A stretch of 63,246 bases of DNA, counting the filler, from Octopus bimaculoides (Eukaryota), in assembly GCF_001194135.2 (NCBI RefSeq). It is 5 parts of 5 records of this genome, joined end to end, with 100 filler letters (N's around TTAATTAATTAA, not from the genome) between each part and the next. Parts side by side here need not be neighbours in the genome. Positions count along the whole stretch, not along the records: positions 1 to 28,623 come from NC_068986.1; 4 more parts are not named here. One strand, 5' to 3'. Below, in pieces: positions 12,376 to 25,460 of the stretch. A program made the position numbers and the translations under genes. Position 1 is the first letter of the stretch, and the number at the start of each line of letters is the position of its first letter. The notes beneath the pieces are model-generated. The model was given only the letters and a program-made list of their open reading frames with translations, had not been told where the DNA came from and did not search any database.

Positions 12376-13029
12376 TAAAAATCTATCAAGGAATAATTAT
12401 AAGCTAAAAATAAAAAATAAACAATATTAATTCATTACTAATATTATCTTAATTATTTCGCGAAATGCGATAAAACAACGCCGGACAGGACCCGCTCTTA
12501 TGAGTTCACCAGCGTTATATAATATTAATCTCAGTTGTAGGAGTAGTGATGGAATTATCACTAAGTAAATATACAAGATTGTACATGCCTTACTGTAGGA
12601 AAATAGAATTGTTTAGAAGACTAAATATTTCAGAGACGAAATCCGTGTGAAAAACAATAGTTAAGTTTGTGTTAACATCTTTTAATGCATAGAGCATTAA
12701 AAAGCTAACTAGAAGTAATTGTTATAAATGTACCTACTTTAATTTGCCATTAGACAGAACAATACCTGCATGGGGGAGGGAGAAGTATATGCATCTACGT
12801 GCGCATGGGAATGTGTGTATTTCGTAAGTTTTAGATTATTGATGTCATTGTTGTATGCGATGGAGTAATGTCGATGATTGTGGCGCGACTTTGGTTGTTA
12901 TACTGTTTAATTCTGCGATTATTGATGTTGCTTATTTTGTTGTGGTTGTTGTTGTTTTGTGCTTGTTTAATCCTAAGTCAGCTTTGGCCGTGCAGAGCTA
13001 TGATTAAAGACGATCTGCTGCTTTCTCTG

Positions 13030-13830
13030 CAACCAGAACTACATTATCAAACTGGGTCGCGTGCTCTTCCGCCTCTTGTAGAATCGGCTGATGGGGAAAT
13101 TCATCAGATGCCAACACCCACTAAAAGATCTTGGGACGTTGTCGCTGATGATGCGCAAGCAAACACTGCACCTAACATATCTGCAGAGATTTGTGAACAA
13201 AGACAACGATTAAGAGATTGGCATCACCGTTCATGCGACATACTTTCCTTGCAGCTTGTCTTTGACAGATGTGTAAACCTGGGTCAAGCGGAAATCGAGA
13301 TAGGGACTTTGTCATCTGGATTGTTGCTAAGGGTTCATTGCATTCGACAAGCTGGACCATGTAGTTGGTGGAAAGTTAGTTCTCACGTCTAGTGATAATG
13401 GTTTCGCCTGGGTCTATCGCAAAGACTGAACTATAGTCTTCGTTTGGAAGGGAAGAGCGAATACATTTCTCTATCTGGTAACAACGGCGGAGAAAGTTGG
13501 AAAGTGGACGCTGTTGAAAGCTTGTGAACAGATTTTGCCTCTCAGAACAAGCCCTCATCAAATTCTTCAAATATCATTTGAGGGAGAATATAAGGGAAGA
13601 GAACAAGAAGCTGTCCATCACTAAATATTACGAAAGATAGGTAAGAGTCGCAAAACTGACGCGTCTAAATGGGTTCACTTTAACAATGCGGCTTGTAGGC
13701 TTGTGACAAGAACTGGGTTTGCTTTTGTTGAGTCATGGCAACCAGGTCTGAGCATGGGTGCTTCGAATCACTCTATGTGGTTGCTCCCCCACGTTAAGGA
13801 TTCTTTACTCATTCTTATGTTTGCCTTGCA
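13030..13830 (+). mobile_element. Degenerate Tx1-clade ORF2 3' half
   Basis: Frameshifted IIKLGRVLFRLL..CQHPLK..LMMRKQTLHLTYLQRF.. and QALIKFFKYHLRENIREENKKLS..R*VRVAKLTRLNG, homologous to 50050-50930. Confidence 0.75.
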
Positions 13831-13854
13831 CTGTTGATTTATAATAGCCACAAT

Positions 13855-14045
13855 CGTTAGTGCATCGGACAAAGTCCTTGCCGACATTTCTTCTGATTCT
13901 TTACGTTCTGAGTTCAAATTCCACTGAGATAAACTTGGCCTTTAATCTTTTTCTGAGTCGACAAAATAAGTACCAGTTGAGTACTAAGGTGGATGTAATT
14001 TACTTACCTCTCCTAAAATTGCTGGGCTTGTGCCAAAATTTGAAC
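13855..14045 (+). mobile_element. SINE family B copy
   Basis: TACGTTCTGAGTTCAAATTCC..GTCGACAAAATAAGTACCAGTTGAGTACT..GGCTTGTGCCAAAATTTGAA. Confidence 0.8.
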
Positions 14046-14074
14046 CATCATCATCGTCATCGTCATCATCATCC

Positions 14075-14117
<43 letters not shown>

Positions 14118-14121
<4 letters not shown>

Positions 14122-14455
14122 TAGCCTTATTTTTATCACATGCTTTCACTGCACTACCGAGCGCAGCTCTGTGTGCCTTGGGTTTGTGCTGTGGTTTGTT
14201 GTGATGCTCTTAGTTTTACTGTATTGGAAGTGTTTTACGTAGAATGTGTGCGGTACCTAGTAGTGCTATTTTCTGTATGTTATATATACTTGTTAGACCT
14301 AATGTTTTTGTTATGTATTTGTCTGAATATTTTTTATCATACCTAATAAGCATACTATGATAGGAAATGTTGCTATTTTTTTACTTCACATTCGAATTAC
14401 CTCTATTTCCAGATCTTTTGAACTCCACATTCTGAGTTTTAGACTCCACATTCGA
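14118..14455 (-). mobile_element. R4/Dong family 2, 3' end
   Basis: Clearly homologous to 15620-15975 and 60002-60270. (TAA)n tail at about 14080-14117. Confidence 0.85.
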
Positions 14456-14504
14456 GTTTATTATTGTTGTTGTTGTTGTTGTTGTTGTCATTATTTTCCG
14501 ATTG

Positions 14505-15385
14505 ATTTGCATTTTATTTAATTTTCCGACCGGATCTCAACCAGAAAGAAACTTCTGGAGAAGGTGGACGGTTGATGTCAGCACAGTTTTTGAGCCCCGC
14601 TAGATTCATAGTTTCCCTGGGATCTGGTCAAAACAATTGTCGGTACCTTTCTTGATCATTCCCAGGGCACCCACAATAACAGGGATGGTTTTGGTTTTCA
14701 CTTTCTACATCCTGTATATCTCAATCTCAAGATCCTTGTATGTCGGTAGTTTTTCAAATTCATTTGCTGAAACGTTTCTATCGGGCACTGTCATATCAAT
14801 GAAAAGATATGATTTTGTCATATACCTTTGATAACGATGTCTGACATTTTAGTATTTATTTGCCTGTCTGTATATAACCCATGATAGAAGAGTAACATAC
14901 TCTCCCACAGTAACTGGTTCTGGATTATGTTCATACCAGTTCTTAGGATGCGGGATATAATAGTGACAGTATATGCTCCAGTGCAAGTATTGGCCAGCTC
15001 GATCAGGCATGGTTTTAAATTCTGTAGGAGCAAGGACTGAGCAGCCGGCGACAATGTGTTTAATGCTCCCAAGTTTGTCATTGCTGACTCTACACTTTGT
15101 ATCTACCTCATTATGCGTGACATTAGCATAGCGGTTGAGGAGACTCTGATCTTGTGCTGCTAGGATAAATCCTTCTACTTGGGCTTTCAAACTAGTACTC
15201 TGCAGCCACTGATGGGTTCTTCTTATATCTACATCAACTTCCCCAGCTCGTTTGGGGTATTGCCCATGCAATTGATTTTCTTGTCATAGTTTCGAAATTT
15301 CTTTCCAGCTTTCCTGTTTGGCTTTGTCTTACACTTTTATGCTACCTTAGTGGGTGGGGTGCCCTCATTATCATCATCATAATCA
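14505..15385 (-). mobile_element. R4/Dong family 3, 3' portion (thumb/CCHC/RLE), degenerate
   Basis: LHGQYPKR..THQWLQSTSLKAQVEGFILAAQDQSL..CRV..IKHIVAGCSVLAPTEF..WYEHNPEPV, then frameshifted RLE sequence (TDRQI...DIVI). Confidence 0.85.
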
Positions 15386-15389
15386 GGAA

Positions 15390-15545
15390 GATTAAGTTCT
15401 GACACTTTTGATTTCCCTGGTATTTGGCCAGAGTGTTTAAAGAGTGCTATCCGGCATTGTCCCCAAAGCTCCGTTATTAAAAGATATAGTTCTTGTTCTT
15501 ACATGCCACGTTTTCAAAACTTCTATTAGGAGGACTTTGTATTCA
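15390..15545 (-). mobile_element. R4/Dong RLE C-terminal fragment
   Basis: YKVLLIEVLKTWHVRTRTI..GALGTM..GQIPGKSKVSEL. Confidence 0.65.
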
Positions 15546-15558
15546 CCATCATCATCAT

Positions 15559-15605
<47 letters not shown>

Positions 15606-15619
15606 TTATTATTATTATT

Positions 15620-15975
15620 GTTCGGTAGTTTTATTTTTATAACGTGCTTTCACTTCACTACCGAGCGCAGCTCTGTGTGCCTTGGGTATGTGCTGTGGTT
15701 TGCTGTGATGCTCTTATGGTTACTGTATTGAAAGTGTCTTGCGTAGGATATGTGCAGTGCCCAGTAGTGCAATTTTCTGTATGTTATATATATTTGTAAG
15801 TCCTGGTGTTTTTGTTATGTATTTGTCTGAATATTTTTTTATTATAACTAAGGCACCTACTATGATAGGAACTGTTTCTGTTTTTAAATTCCACATTCGA
15901 GTTACCTGTATTTCCAGGTCTTTGTATTTTGAAAGTTTTTCCATTTCTTTTAGGGAAACGTTGTCATCTGCTGGT
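15620..15975 (-). mobile_element. R4/Dong family 2, 3' end with intact RLE C-terminus
   Basis: ORF 15944-15720 MEKLSKYKDLEIQVTRMWNLKTETVPIIVGALVIIKK..IQKIALLGTAHILRKTLSIQ*. Trinucleotide tracts on both flanks. Confidence 0.9.
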
Positions 15976-15977
15976 TA

Positions 15978-16030
<53 letters not shown>

Positions 16031-16539
16031 TAATGTATCAATATTGTTACAGTTGATCTCACCTCTATAATCGATGTAAATTCCACCCCTGTTTCTACAT
16101 TGATCCTTCGCCTTTGTTCGTCTGTGCACCCCACGCCCGAAGAGTAAGGCCCTTGTGGCCAATAAGTGAAATTTTTATTTGTATTATTTTTTATTGTTCC
16201 TGCTGCTTACGTTAAGTAGTTGCAATTTCCTATTCCATTTTCTTCTTCTTCTCTTCCTTCTCCTTCTTATCATTATTATTACTTGTAGTTGCATTGTTGT
16301 TGCTGTTATCTTGCTGTTGGTGTTACTACAGCTGCAATTGTTATTGTCGTCCTTTCTAATGCATGCAACAATTGCAAGTTTTACTATGTTATTAGTTTCA
16401 TTGCTGTTTATTTGCATGCTAGATTTCTTTTTTTTTTTTCTTATACATTTATTTCATAATTGCTTTACTCTGTGGTCGCCGTCAATCAGGTTTAATGGCG
16501 CCAGTTTACGCTTGTTATGGATATTACGCGAAATATATA

Positions 16540-16889
16540 CTTAAACAGGCACACACACACACACACACCATACACACACACACCATACACACACACACTC
16601 ATTCTTACACACACATGCACAAAAATACGTGCACATATAGTTATATACATGAATATTTGTACACACATACATACAAACGCAAAAATGTGTGTTTGTGTTC
16701 AGGTTTATTATCATCATTTATATAAATGTATGTGTGTGTATTATATATATATACATATAATACATACATATATATATATTCATATTTATATAGATATGTA
16801 TATATATATATATCACATGTGAGTGTACATGTGAGTGTACATACGTAAATGCATACATGAATTTGCGTAAACACGAACGCACACAAATA

Positions 16890-16924
<35 letters not shown>

Positions 16925-17805
16925 NNNNNNNNNNNNNNNNNNNNNNNNNNNNNNNNNNNNNNNNNNNNNNNNNNNNNNNNNNNNNNNNNNNNNNNNNNNN
17001 NNNNNNNNNNNNNNNNNNNNNNNNNNNNNNNNNNNNNNNNNNNNNNNNNNNNNNNNNNNNNNNNNNNNNNNNNNNNNNNNNNNNNNNNNNNNNNNNNNNN
17101 NNNNNNNNNNNNNNNNNNNNNNNNNNNNNNNNNNNNNNNNNNNNNNNNNNNNNNNNNNNNNNNNNNNNNNNNNNNNNNNNNNNNNNNNNNNNNNNNNNNN
17201 NNNNNNNNNNNNNNNNNNNNNNNNNNNNNNNNNNNNNNNNNNNNNNNNNNNNNNNNNNNNNNNNNNNNNNNNNNNNNNNNNNNNNNNNNNNNNNNNNNNN
17301 NNNNNNNNNNNNNNNNNNNNNNNNNNNNNNNNNNNNNNNNNNNNNNNNNNNNNNNNNNNNNNNNNNNNNNNNNNNNNNNNNNNNNNNNNNNNNNNNNNNN
17401 NNNNNNNNNNNNNNNNNNNNNNNNNNNNNNNNNNNNNNNNNNNNNNNNNNNNNNNNNNNNNNNNNNNNNNNNNNNNNNNNNNNNNNNNNNNNNNNNNNNN
17501 NNNNNNNNNNNNNNNNNNNNNNNNNNNNNNNNNNNNNNNNNNNNNNNNNNNNNNNNNNNNNNNNNNNNNNNNNNNNNNNNNNNNNNNNNNNNNNNNNNNN
17601 NNNNNNNNNNNNNNNNNNNNNNNNNNNNNNNNNNNNNNNNNNNNNNNNNNNNNNNNNNNNNNNNNNNNNNNNNNNNNNNNNNNNNNNNNNNNNNNNNNNN
17701 NNNNNNNNNNNNNNNNNNNNNNNNNNNNNNNNNNNNNNNNNNNNNNNNNNNNNNNNNNNNNNNNNNNNNNNNNNNNNNNNNNNNNNNNNNNNNNNNNNNN
17801 NNNNN

Positions 17806-17844
<39 letters not shown>

Positions 17845-18508
17845 TATATATATATGTGTGTGTGTGTATGTATATGTGTGTGTATATGTATATATATATA
17901 TATGTGTATATATATATATATATACACACACATATATATATATGCATTTATATATATGTGTGTATATGTACATATATATACTCATATATATGTATGCATG
18001 CGTCACAAACACACACACATATATATATATGTTTGTGTGTGTATATATATATATATATTATGTAATATATATACATATACATATATGCATAAATGCATCC
18101 ATACTTTATATGTATATATGTATATACACATATATATGCACACACATATATATATACACACACAAATACATACATATATATATACATATTATGTGTATTA
18201 TATCTATATCTATATATTATATTTGCGTGTGTGCGTATGTGTGTGTGTGCATGTGTGTGCGCATGTGTGCGTGTGCGTATGTGTGTGCAAGTATTTATAT
18301 ATAATAGCCTTCTTAAAACACTGATCGACATATGCACTCTCATACTCTGATGAAGCATAAATGTAGATAAAAGGCATATTTTCATAGAGACATTAAACAC
18401 GAGCATAAAACAGTACTACTTAAAAATTCACATCTTCTCATCGTATTTGTGTTTGCGTGTGCATGTATGTGAGTATTGTGCATTGGAGAGAGACAGAGAA
18501 AAGCTTGT

Positions 18509-18569
<61 letters not shown>

Positions 18570-18863
18570 NNNNNNNNNNNNNNNNNNNNNNNNNNNNNNN
18601 NNNNNNNNNNNNNNNNNNNNNNNNNNNNNNNNNNNNNNNNNNNNNNNNNNNNNNNNNNNNNNNNNNNNNNNNNNNNNNNNNNNNNNNNNNNNNNNNNNNN
18701 NNNNNNNNNNNNNNNNNNNNNNNNNNNNNNNNNNNNNNNNNNNNNNNNNNNNNNNNNNNNGTATATATATACATATACGTGTGTGTGTGTGTGTAAATAT
18801 GTATGTATGCATGTGTGTATGTATGTACATAGATATGTATATATACACACACATATATATATG

Positions 18864-18932
<69 letters not shown>

Positions 18933-19020
18933 TATGTCTGTGTGTGTGCGTGTTTTTGTGTCCGTGTGTGTGTATAAGTATGCATACACATAAAATGCTC
19001 ATCTCAACAATATATATTAT
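16540..19020. repeat. (TA)n/(CA)n compound microsatellite field around gaps; similar fields at 39230-41340, 53000-53760, 55930-56130 and 58440-58960
   Basis: Directly visible; the source of all the YI/HT/CV-repeat ORFs. Confidence 0.95.
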
Positions 19021-19032
19021 ATGAAGTGTGTA

Positions 19033-19908
19033 TATAGGTGGTCTGATCAATAAATATCCGGATTAATGCCATAGTAACGAAGCTAAAGTACGTAAAGTGA
19101 AGCCGCTTGGCACGGATTGACCTTGAACTTTGTTGTGCATGTGCACTAAGTTTTAGCGTTCTAGCTCACTTCCGCTGTTTGCAGCAGTGCTTGGAAGGAA
19201 TGTGTGTAGCGTGTGATTGTCGCATTGACCATGACGGAGAAAGTTGAACAGAGAATCTGGATCAAATTTTGCCAAAAGCTTGGCGACTCCTGCTAAAAGG
19301 CCTACGCAATGTTATCAAAAAGCTTTCATCGTTCTCGACACAATCAAGGAGATCTTGTGCAATCGTCTTTTTGGTCAGCTCAAAGCAGTTTTGACACAAA
19401 CTTGGCAGACACGCGTCTCATACCCAAATCTTCAGTGATAATAGACTGAACTGAATCGTAACTAATCTGCACATCTGATAACTCACAGATGATGATTCGA
19501 CGATTTCCCTTCACAGCTGCACGCACATCTGCAATGTTTTTCTCAGTTCTACTCGTTGCGGGTCTCCCAGAACGTTCATCACTATTGACATTTTTTCGGC
19601 TCTCTGAACCACTTGTACACTTGTGTGCGACTCATACACTCCTCTCCATACACTTTCTGCAGCTTTGCGTATGACTCTGAGCAGGTATCGCCATAATAAC
19701 CTTTTCTGCCATGGTCAATGCTACGGTCACACGTTACACATATTACTTCCAAGCACTGCTGTATACAGGAAAAGTAAGCTAGAACGTTAAAACTCAGTGT
19801 GCGTGTACAGCAGAGGTCAAGATCAATCATTGCCAAGCGGCTTCACTCTGCATGCTTCAGCTTCTTTACTATGGCAATAGTCCGGATACTTATTGATCAG
19901 ATCTCGTA
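19033..19908 (-). mobile_element. Second mariner-derived fold-back element
   Basis: Inverted arms at about 19033-19320 and 19655-19908 (TCTGATCAATAArTATCCGGA termini, TA flanks). The minus strand reads DTCSESYAKLQKVYGEECMSRTQVYKWF..DERSGRPATSRTEKNIADVRAAV..IITEDLGMRRVSAKFV. The left arm repeats MTEKVEQRIWIKFCQKLG. Confidence 0.9.
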
Positions 19909-20300
19909 TATGTGTGTGTGTGTGTGTGCATTTATGTAAATATGTATATACTTTTTTATCGAGTTTTTGTGTTCATGTTTTCATGTGAGTTCCTTGCAGT
20001 TTGATTTTGGAACATTAAAGTTTGTAAATCTATCATCGTTTCTCAACCTTTCACAGTCACATCTTCCGAATGAAGTGATGTTGGATAATGTTGCTGCCTC
20101 TTATATGCAGGGCCAATGTGATTGGAATTTGTATTTTGACCGTTAGATTTATATCAGCAATCAGATGTGTATTTATTTATTATTATTTTATTTTATTTTT
20201 GTGACTCGTGAATGTGGCCTATGTGTTTAGTGTTGCATTGTGTGGTTATGAGAACTGCTCGCATCATCAGTTGTCTACTTTGCAGGGAAATTCTATAGAG

Positions 20301-20537
20301 CAGTGATTCTCAACCGGGTCCATATGGCCTTTGGTGCTCCAAATAAGATTTTGCTGTTAGAATTTATAAGCAATATACAAAATATTTTTATTTTTTTGAT
20401 CAATTTCGTATAATATTTAACTATAAAAATTTAGTACGATTTTTTTAAAAACATTGAATGGCTATTAAGGTCCTTCCAAGTAAAATAGAAATTAAAAGGG
20501 GCCATAGGTAAAAAAAAAAAATGGTTGAGAAACACTG
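20301..20537. mobile_element. hAT-type MITE, 237 bp
   Basis: TIRs CAGTGATTCTCAACC / GGTTGAGAAACACTG and 8-bp TSD CTATAGAG / CTGTAGAG. Related partial copies at about 21262-21446 and 49544-49690. Confidence 0.85.
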
Positions 20538-20559
20538 CTGTAGAGTATGGACGTGTTGT

Positions 20560-20760
20560 CTGCTAATGTTTTATTATCTGGTTTTGTTTTGCAATTGTTC
20601 CTTCTTGTAGGAATATAGTGACCCGATGGGAGAGGGTCGTACTTGTATGGTCATTATAACAGCTAGAAGTTATAAAGTTTGCAGTAGAATGTGTGATTAT
20701 GAGTAGCTTGTTCGCAGATTTACAAGCTTATAGGTTATTACTTACACGATGTTCAGTTCT
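20560..20760 (-). mobile_element. Possible old Penelope GIY-YIG fragment
   Basis: Minus-strand ..HTSTTLSHRVTIFLQEGTI.. resembles YIG.TTTTLSRRLT.H of Penelope endonucleases. Confidence 0.3.
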
Positions 20761-21100
20761 AGCGTTTTCGTAGCATAACGTTGGTGTTATTTTAATAATA
20801 CTTGTAATGTTCTAGTTTATGAGGGTTTCGATAATGTGTTCAACAACTCTAGAATGCATTATAAATGCAATGAGCATGATTTGTATATCTCAAATAGACG
20901 TGGTATCCTTTGTATCTTCGTGTGTTTGCGTTAGTCTATTTGTTTAAATATTCATTGTTGACTAATGTTAAATTCATTCGGAACATTTCTTTATCCCATG
21001 CTTCGTTTGTTGAAGAGAAAACTAAATACACATTTAAGAAAAAAAATTAGCATACATGCTGAGAACCTGTACAGATTCTCTGACACCATATAGAAATGTT

Positions 21101-21248
<148 letters not shown>

Positions 21249-21616
21249 GATAGGGGCAGGCATAGCCATTCACTGTATACAAAAAGAATCTTACTGTATT
21301 TTTATGATTAAATATTTTTAGGAATCGTATAACAAAGAAATTGTGTGTGTTGTACAAGTATAAGGAATTTACTGCACATAAATTTTAACAATAAAATCTT
21401 ATATGGACCTCCTAAGGGCCAAATGGACCTCGGTTGAAAACCACTGATAGGGTCTGATTTTAAGAAAATTAAGATGCTATTTCTAACAAGTCGACTTGTA
21501 GAAGTGATTCTGACTATTGTGCTTTTGTAATGACAGCTAAAATTGTGATGTAGTGATGGTCATGGCGAAGTGAATGTGTGTTTTCATATGTGGGTATGCG
21601 TGCGTACACAATGTGC

Positions 21617-21654
<38 letters not shown>

Positions 21655-22458
21655 ACGCGTACAGGTGCGCGCGTGTCCGTGCATGGTATGGGTAGAAGGA
21701 AGCTAGAAGAGAATTCAACAAGAAAACACTTATCGTATCATTCGCTTGATCGACGCTGGTCAATAGAGATTGCATAGCTTAAAAACATCAACTGATGTGT
21801 GACGGCAGTGTGACGGAAGAGAGTGAGAGGAAGAAGCTGTTAAGTGGCTTGGAGAGAGGGGTGGGGAAGAATGATGATTAGAAAGAGTGGTGGGGGAGAG
21901 AAGCGGTTTAAACGACAAGCAATCCAGCTGACAGCCAACGAGGCACTCTGATAGGTTGAGCGACAGACAGAGAGAATGGTAGTCTGAGAGTCCAGCTCAC
22001 AAGCAAAACCACCGAGATAATTCAATTAATATTAATATATTTGATGCAATGAGGAATCAATTAAAAAACCAACTAGGAATAAATATGTAATGAGAAGAAA
22101 AAAAACGTACTATACAACAACTAATATTTTCTTTATTTTAGTGAAAAGGTATTACGTGAGACAACTCTGGACATGTTCGCATTTTATTCTGATCTCATCA
22201 ATGAAGCGTAGCGTTCGTTGTGCTTTCTGAAGTAGTGACGGAAGAAGCACTGACAAACAGACATACTAAACGATAAACCAATAGGTCGGTTGATTAACGA
22301 CACAGCCAGCCAGATTTTCTCTCCCTCTCTCCTCATCTCTCTTTCTTTCTCTCTCACTTACATACACAAACTGATGGACTAATTGTCCAACAGAGAGTCA
22401 AACAAAAACATTGATTAGTTAGATGCTTGGAAGACAATCTAACAGGGGGAATTAAGTT

Positions 22459-22713
22459 CGAGGCCGGTTTTAAGCCAATTGGACGGATTTGTTCAAATTG
22501 GGCCCCGCACACACGCTCGAGCAGAGAATGTATGGTGACCTTTTAGTATATCATCGTGGCTAACGGTAGAGTCTCAAGCCTTCAACGATTTCTGGCTGGG
22601 GCTGGGACTGGCACAATACACGAAGCATAAACATCAGTCTTCAGCTTTTGTAGAGTAGAGGGCCCCACTGACAATTCTCTATTTGGGCTCCGCACTTTCT
22701 AGCACCAGCCCTG
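22459..22713. mobile_element. hAT-type MITE (CAGGGCyGG-like termini)
   Basis: Ends CGAGGCCGG / CCAGCCCTG and 8-bp flanks ATTAAGTT / ATTAAGAT (7/8 identical). Confidence 0.55.
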
Positions 22714-22943
22714 ATTAAGATATTAAGGCTCTATGTGTTTATTCCCAAAATATCTATAACTCCCCAATCATTCTATGATAAAGCAGTTACAGTCAAATTA
22801 GACTTTGCCGAAGAGTTCTAATGATTCCGAAATATGCCTGGTGGAGTCACCATACTTTTATTTTTTAATCAGAAGGGAAGGAAGTGTCCATGATTTGTTA
22901 CAGGGCCTCCGAGATTTGTTAGTAGAAGGGAGGAGAGAAAGTA

Positions 22944-23036
22944 TGCTCAAACCAGAAAACTGCTCAAACCAGAAAACTGCTCAAACCAGAAAACTGCTCA
23001 AACCAGAAAACTGCTCAAACCAGAAAACTGCTCAAA
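22944..23036. repeat. 17-bp minisatellite TGCTCAAACCAGAAAAC, 5 perfect units + partial
   Basis: Units start at 22944, 22961, 22978, 22995 and 23012; partial unit at 23029-23036. Confidence 0.97.
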
Positions 23037-23039
23037 TGC

Positions 23040-23165
23040 TTGCAACAAAGTGGACTCCGATAAAAACACACAGTGTTAATTCATTGTTGCTGAGCATCTA
23101 AGTCCAAGTAAAGCCCACATTGGAGCACTGATCCCATATATGGAGTGACTGCGGCTGAAGATAGC
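23040..23165 (+). mobile_element. CR1/L2-like RT C-terminal fragment
   Basis: ..VQVKPTLEH*SHIW.. resembles the LY...VRP.LEY.S..W motif. Confidence 0.5.
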
Positions 23166-24375
23166 TTTAAATCATCCTTTATATCAACAATATATACTGA
23201 TGTAATTACAGTTTGTGTATAAAGCTTGAAACACGTGTACCGCGATATCCTTTGTGTTCTGTTTTCAATTTACGTTTAATATATTCTTTCACCTCTGCCA
23301 CTATCCGGTATTTACAGGTGCTTACACTTATCAAGTATTACCTCTAAAATTTACTGTACCTACGTCATACATACACATATACATGCATACATACATACAT
23401 ACATGCATGCATACATACATACATACATACATACATACATACATGCATGCATACATACACACACACACATACATACATACATACATACATACATACATAC
23501 ATACATACATACATACATCCTAGAAAACAACGTGATTGATTCGTAAAAATTCAACATCTAACTCACAATGCGCTGTTCCTTCTCTTTGTCTCTTCTATTA
23601 CTATTATAACCGTAGCCTTCCTTCTCCTGAACTGCCTACCTTCATACCTTCTCCATCCATGTCCATTTCCCTGGGTGGTTCAGAATCAGTTAACAACATA
23701 TTCCAACACCTAACAACACGCTGTTTCTTACTGCACCTTTGAATGTTGTTACAACGGTAACCTCTGGTCTTCTGAACTAGCTAGCTACATATCCCTTCAG
23801 TCTACGTCCACTTTCCTTGCTCTGTCTAACCTCCTCTTCATCCTCCATCTCCTCTTTTTCTCCTCTAAATCTTTTTTGTCTTGTCTACCAGACCTGCACA
23901 GTATACTTCTTCCTATCCGTCTTCAAAGATCCCTCCCAGCTAGGTTGCGTTATTCTCGCCGAAGACATCGTCGTGTAGATGTCTACGTTGAACATCGACT
24001 GCATCAGAGTTCACTCTGTTGCAATCATTCAAACCAAGTTTACATCCCGCTACTCCCTTCTTCTCATCAGTCATGGCAGGCTTCATAAAAGCATGATCTC
24101 TACCCAACTTCCTTTGGGTGTGCCATGTAAAAGTAAAAATATAAAATGATGTAATTCAAAACAAGTAAAGCAATAAATGACAGCGTGAAAATACTGGGGT
24201 AAAAATCCTTTGGAATAGCTACAGTTGTAGGCTGTGCATGAGACCCAAACCTGCATCTCCTGTGGACAGACACGTGTTTTCCTATTGGTCAACAATCTTT
24301 CAAATTTCTCTATTCATTTCAGAAACTTTACTCCTACCAGTGAAATTTGTACGTTGAATGACTGCGTAGACTCAC

Positions 24376-24507
24376 CTGCATAATGCGTTTCGGCCGAGGG
24401 GGAACTGTACTGTGCGTTTGTTTTTGCTCGTTTTCAGTACCTTCTTGCTGTTTGGGGAGGGGATCTGTTTTGCTTGTTTTTTTTAGGGGGGGGGTCCTTG
24501 GCGTATC
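24376..24507 (-). CDS. Candidate internal coding exon of an unidentified gene
   Basis: Acceptor ..ATCCTATAATCTATTCAG|G and donor ATGCAG|GTGAGT. 132 nt, only phase 0 open: DTPRTPPLKKTSKTDPLPKQQEGTENEQKQTHSTVPPRPKRIMQ. Confidence 0.6.
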
Positions 24508-24554
24508 CTGAATAGATTATAGGATATAAACATAAATGGAAACTTCGAGTGTAT

Positions 24555-24606
<52 letters not shown>

Positions 24607-25460
24607 GCGTGTGCGTGCGTGCGTGTGCGTGAAAGAGAGAGAGGTAGGAAGGAGAGAAAAAGAAAGGAGAGAGAGAAAAAGAAAGGAGAGAGAGAAAATA
24701 TAAAACCACAGTCTGAGGAAACTATTGGTGGTCTTTGTCAACAAAAGTCATTTAGTAAAGATCACAAATTTTGGTAAATTGGTGAGCTGCGGGGCAATGA
24801 AAATTCTGTTTCAAACAAACACCAGAGAGGCAGAGGGGAGAGAGTGTGTGTGCGTGTGTGTGTGAGAGAGAGACACAGAAAGAGAGAGACAGAAATTAAT
24901 GTTTACGATAGCACTGAGCAAATAAGTTTGAAGAGGGTCGACAAACAGAGAGACAGACAGACGGACAGAAAGAGATTGAAAAGGTCGTTGTGACATAGAA
25001 TAAAAGGAAATGTGAAGACTTAACATTTGCAAGAAGTTTGACGAAGAAAGGGTCAGAGATAGAGAAGTGGGGGAAAAGGGACACGGAGATAGACAGAGAA
25101 GAATGTGATAGCAAAGACTAACCGATAGATTTAGTAATACTTGATGTTGACTGTTGGAAGACATCATGACGTCAAATGTAATGAAATGTGAATTGGTCAC
25201 AATTAGCTAAGAGTCCACTAAAGCGAGATTCATAAAGAAGGAAAGGGAGGAAGAGGAAGAGACGTGTTTGATTTGACTAAAGACTTAAAGGCAGCGTTAG
25301 TAAATGAGCACATTATTTCAAATGAGAGACAATATGCTAACGACATATGCTCTGAAAGCTTCACATTAGCTAAGATACCACTGAGGTGAGGCTTGGGGAG
25401 AGGACGAAAGGTAAAGATTGATATGAGGAAAGACTGACAGTGACTCCGTATACGGACATA

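Noticed and set aside
12868-13392. 174-aa ORF with a signal-peptide-like N-terminus
   Set aside because: A low-complexity TTG tract fused to an off-frame reading of a decayed Tx1 element.
16641-18993. Very long ORFs (up to 430 aa) here and at 39133-41461 and 61977-62812
   Set aside because: Translations of N gaps and (TA)/(CA) repeats.
22944-23036. CRISPR-like repeat
   Set aside because: Contiguous units with no spacers, eukaryotic context, no cas genes.
25167-25174. Perfect CRE palindrome TGACGTCA
   Set aside because: A single 8-mer is expected about once per 65 kb, and the nearby exon has its own acceptor, so this is not clearly a promoter.
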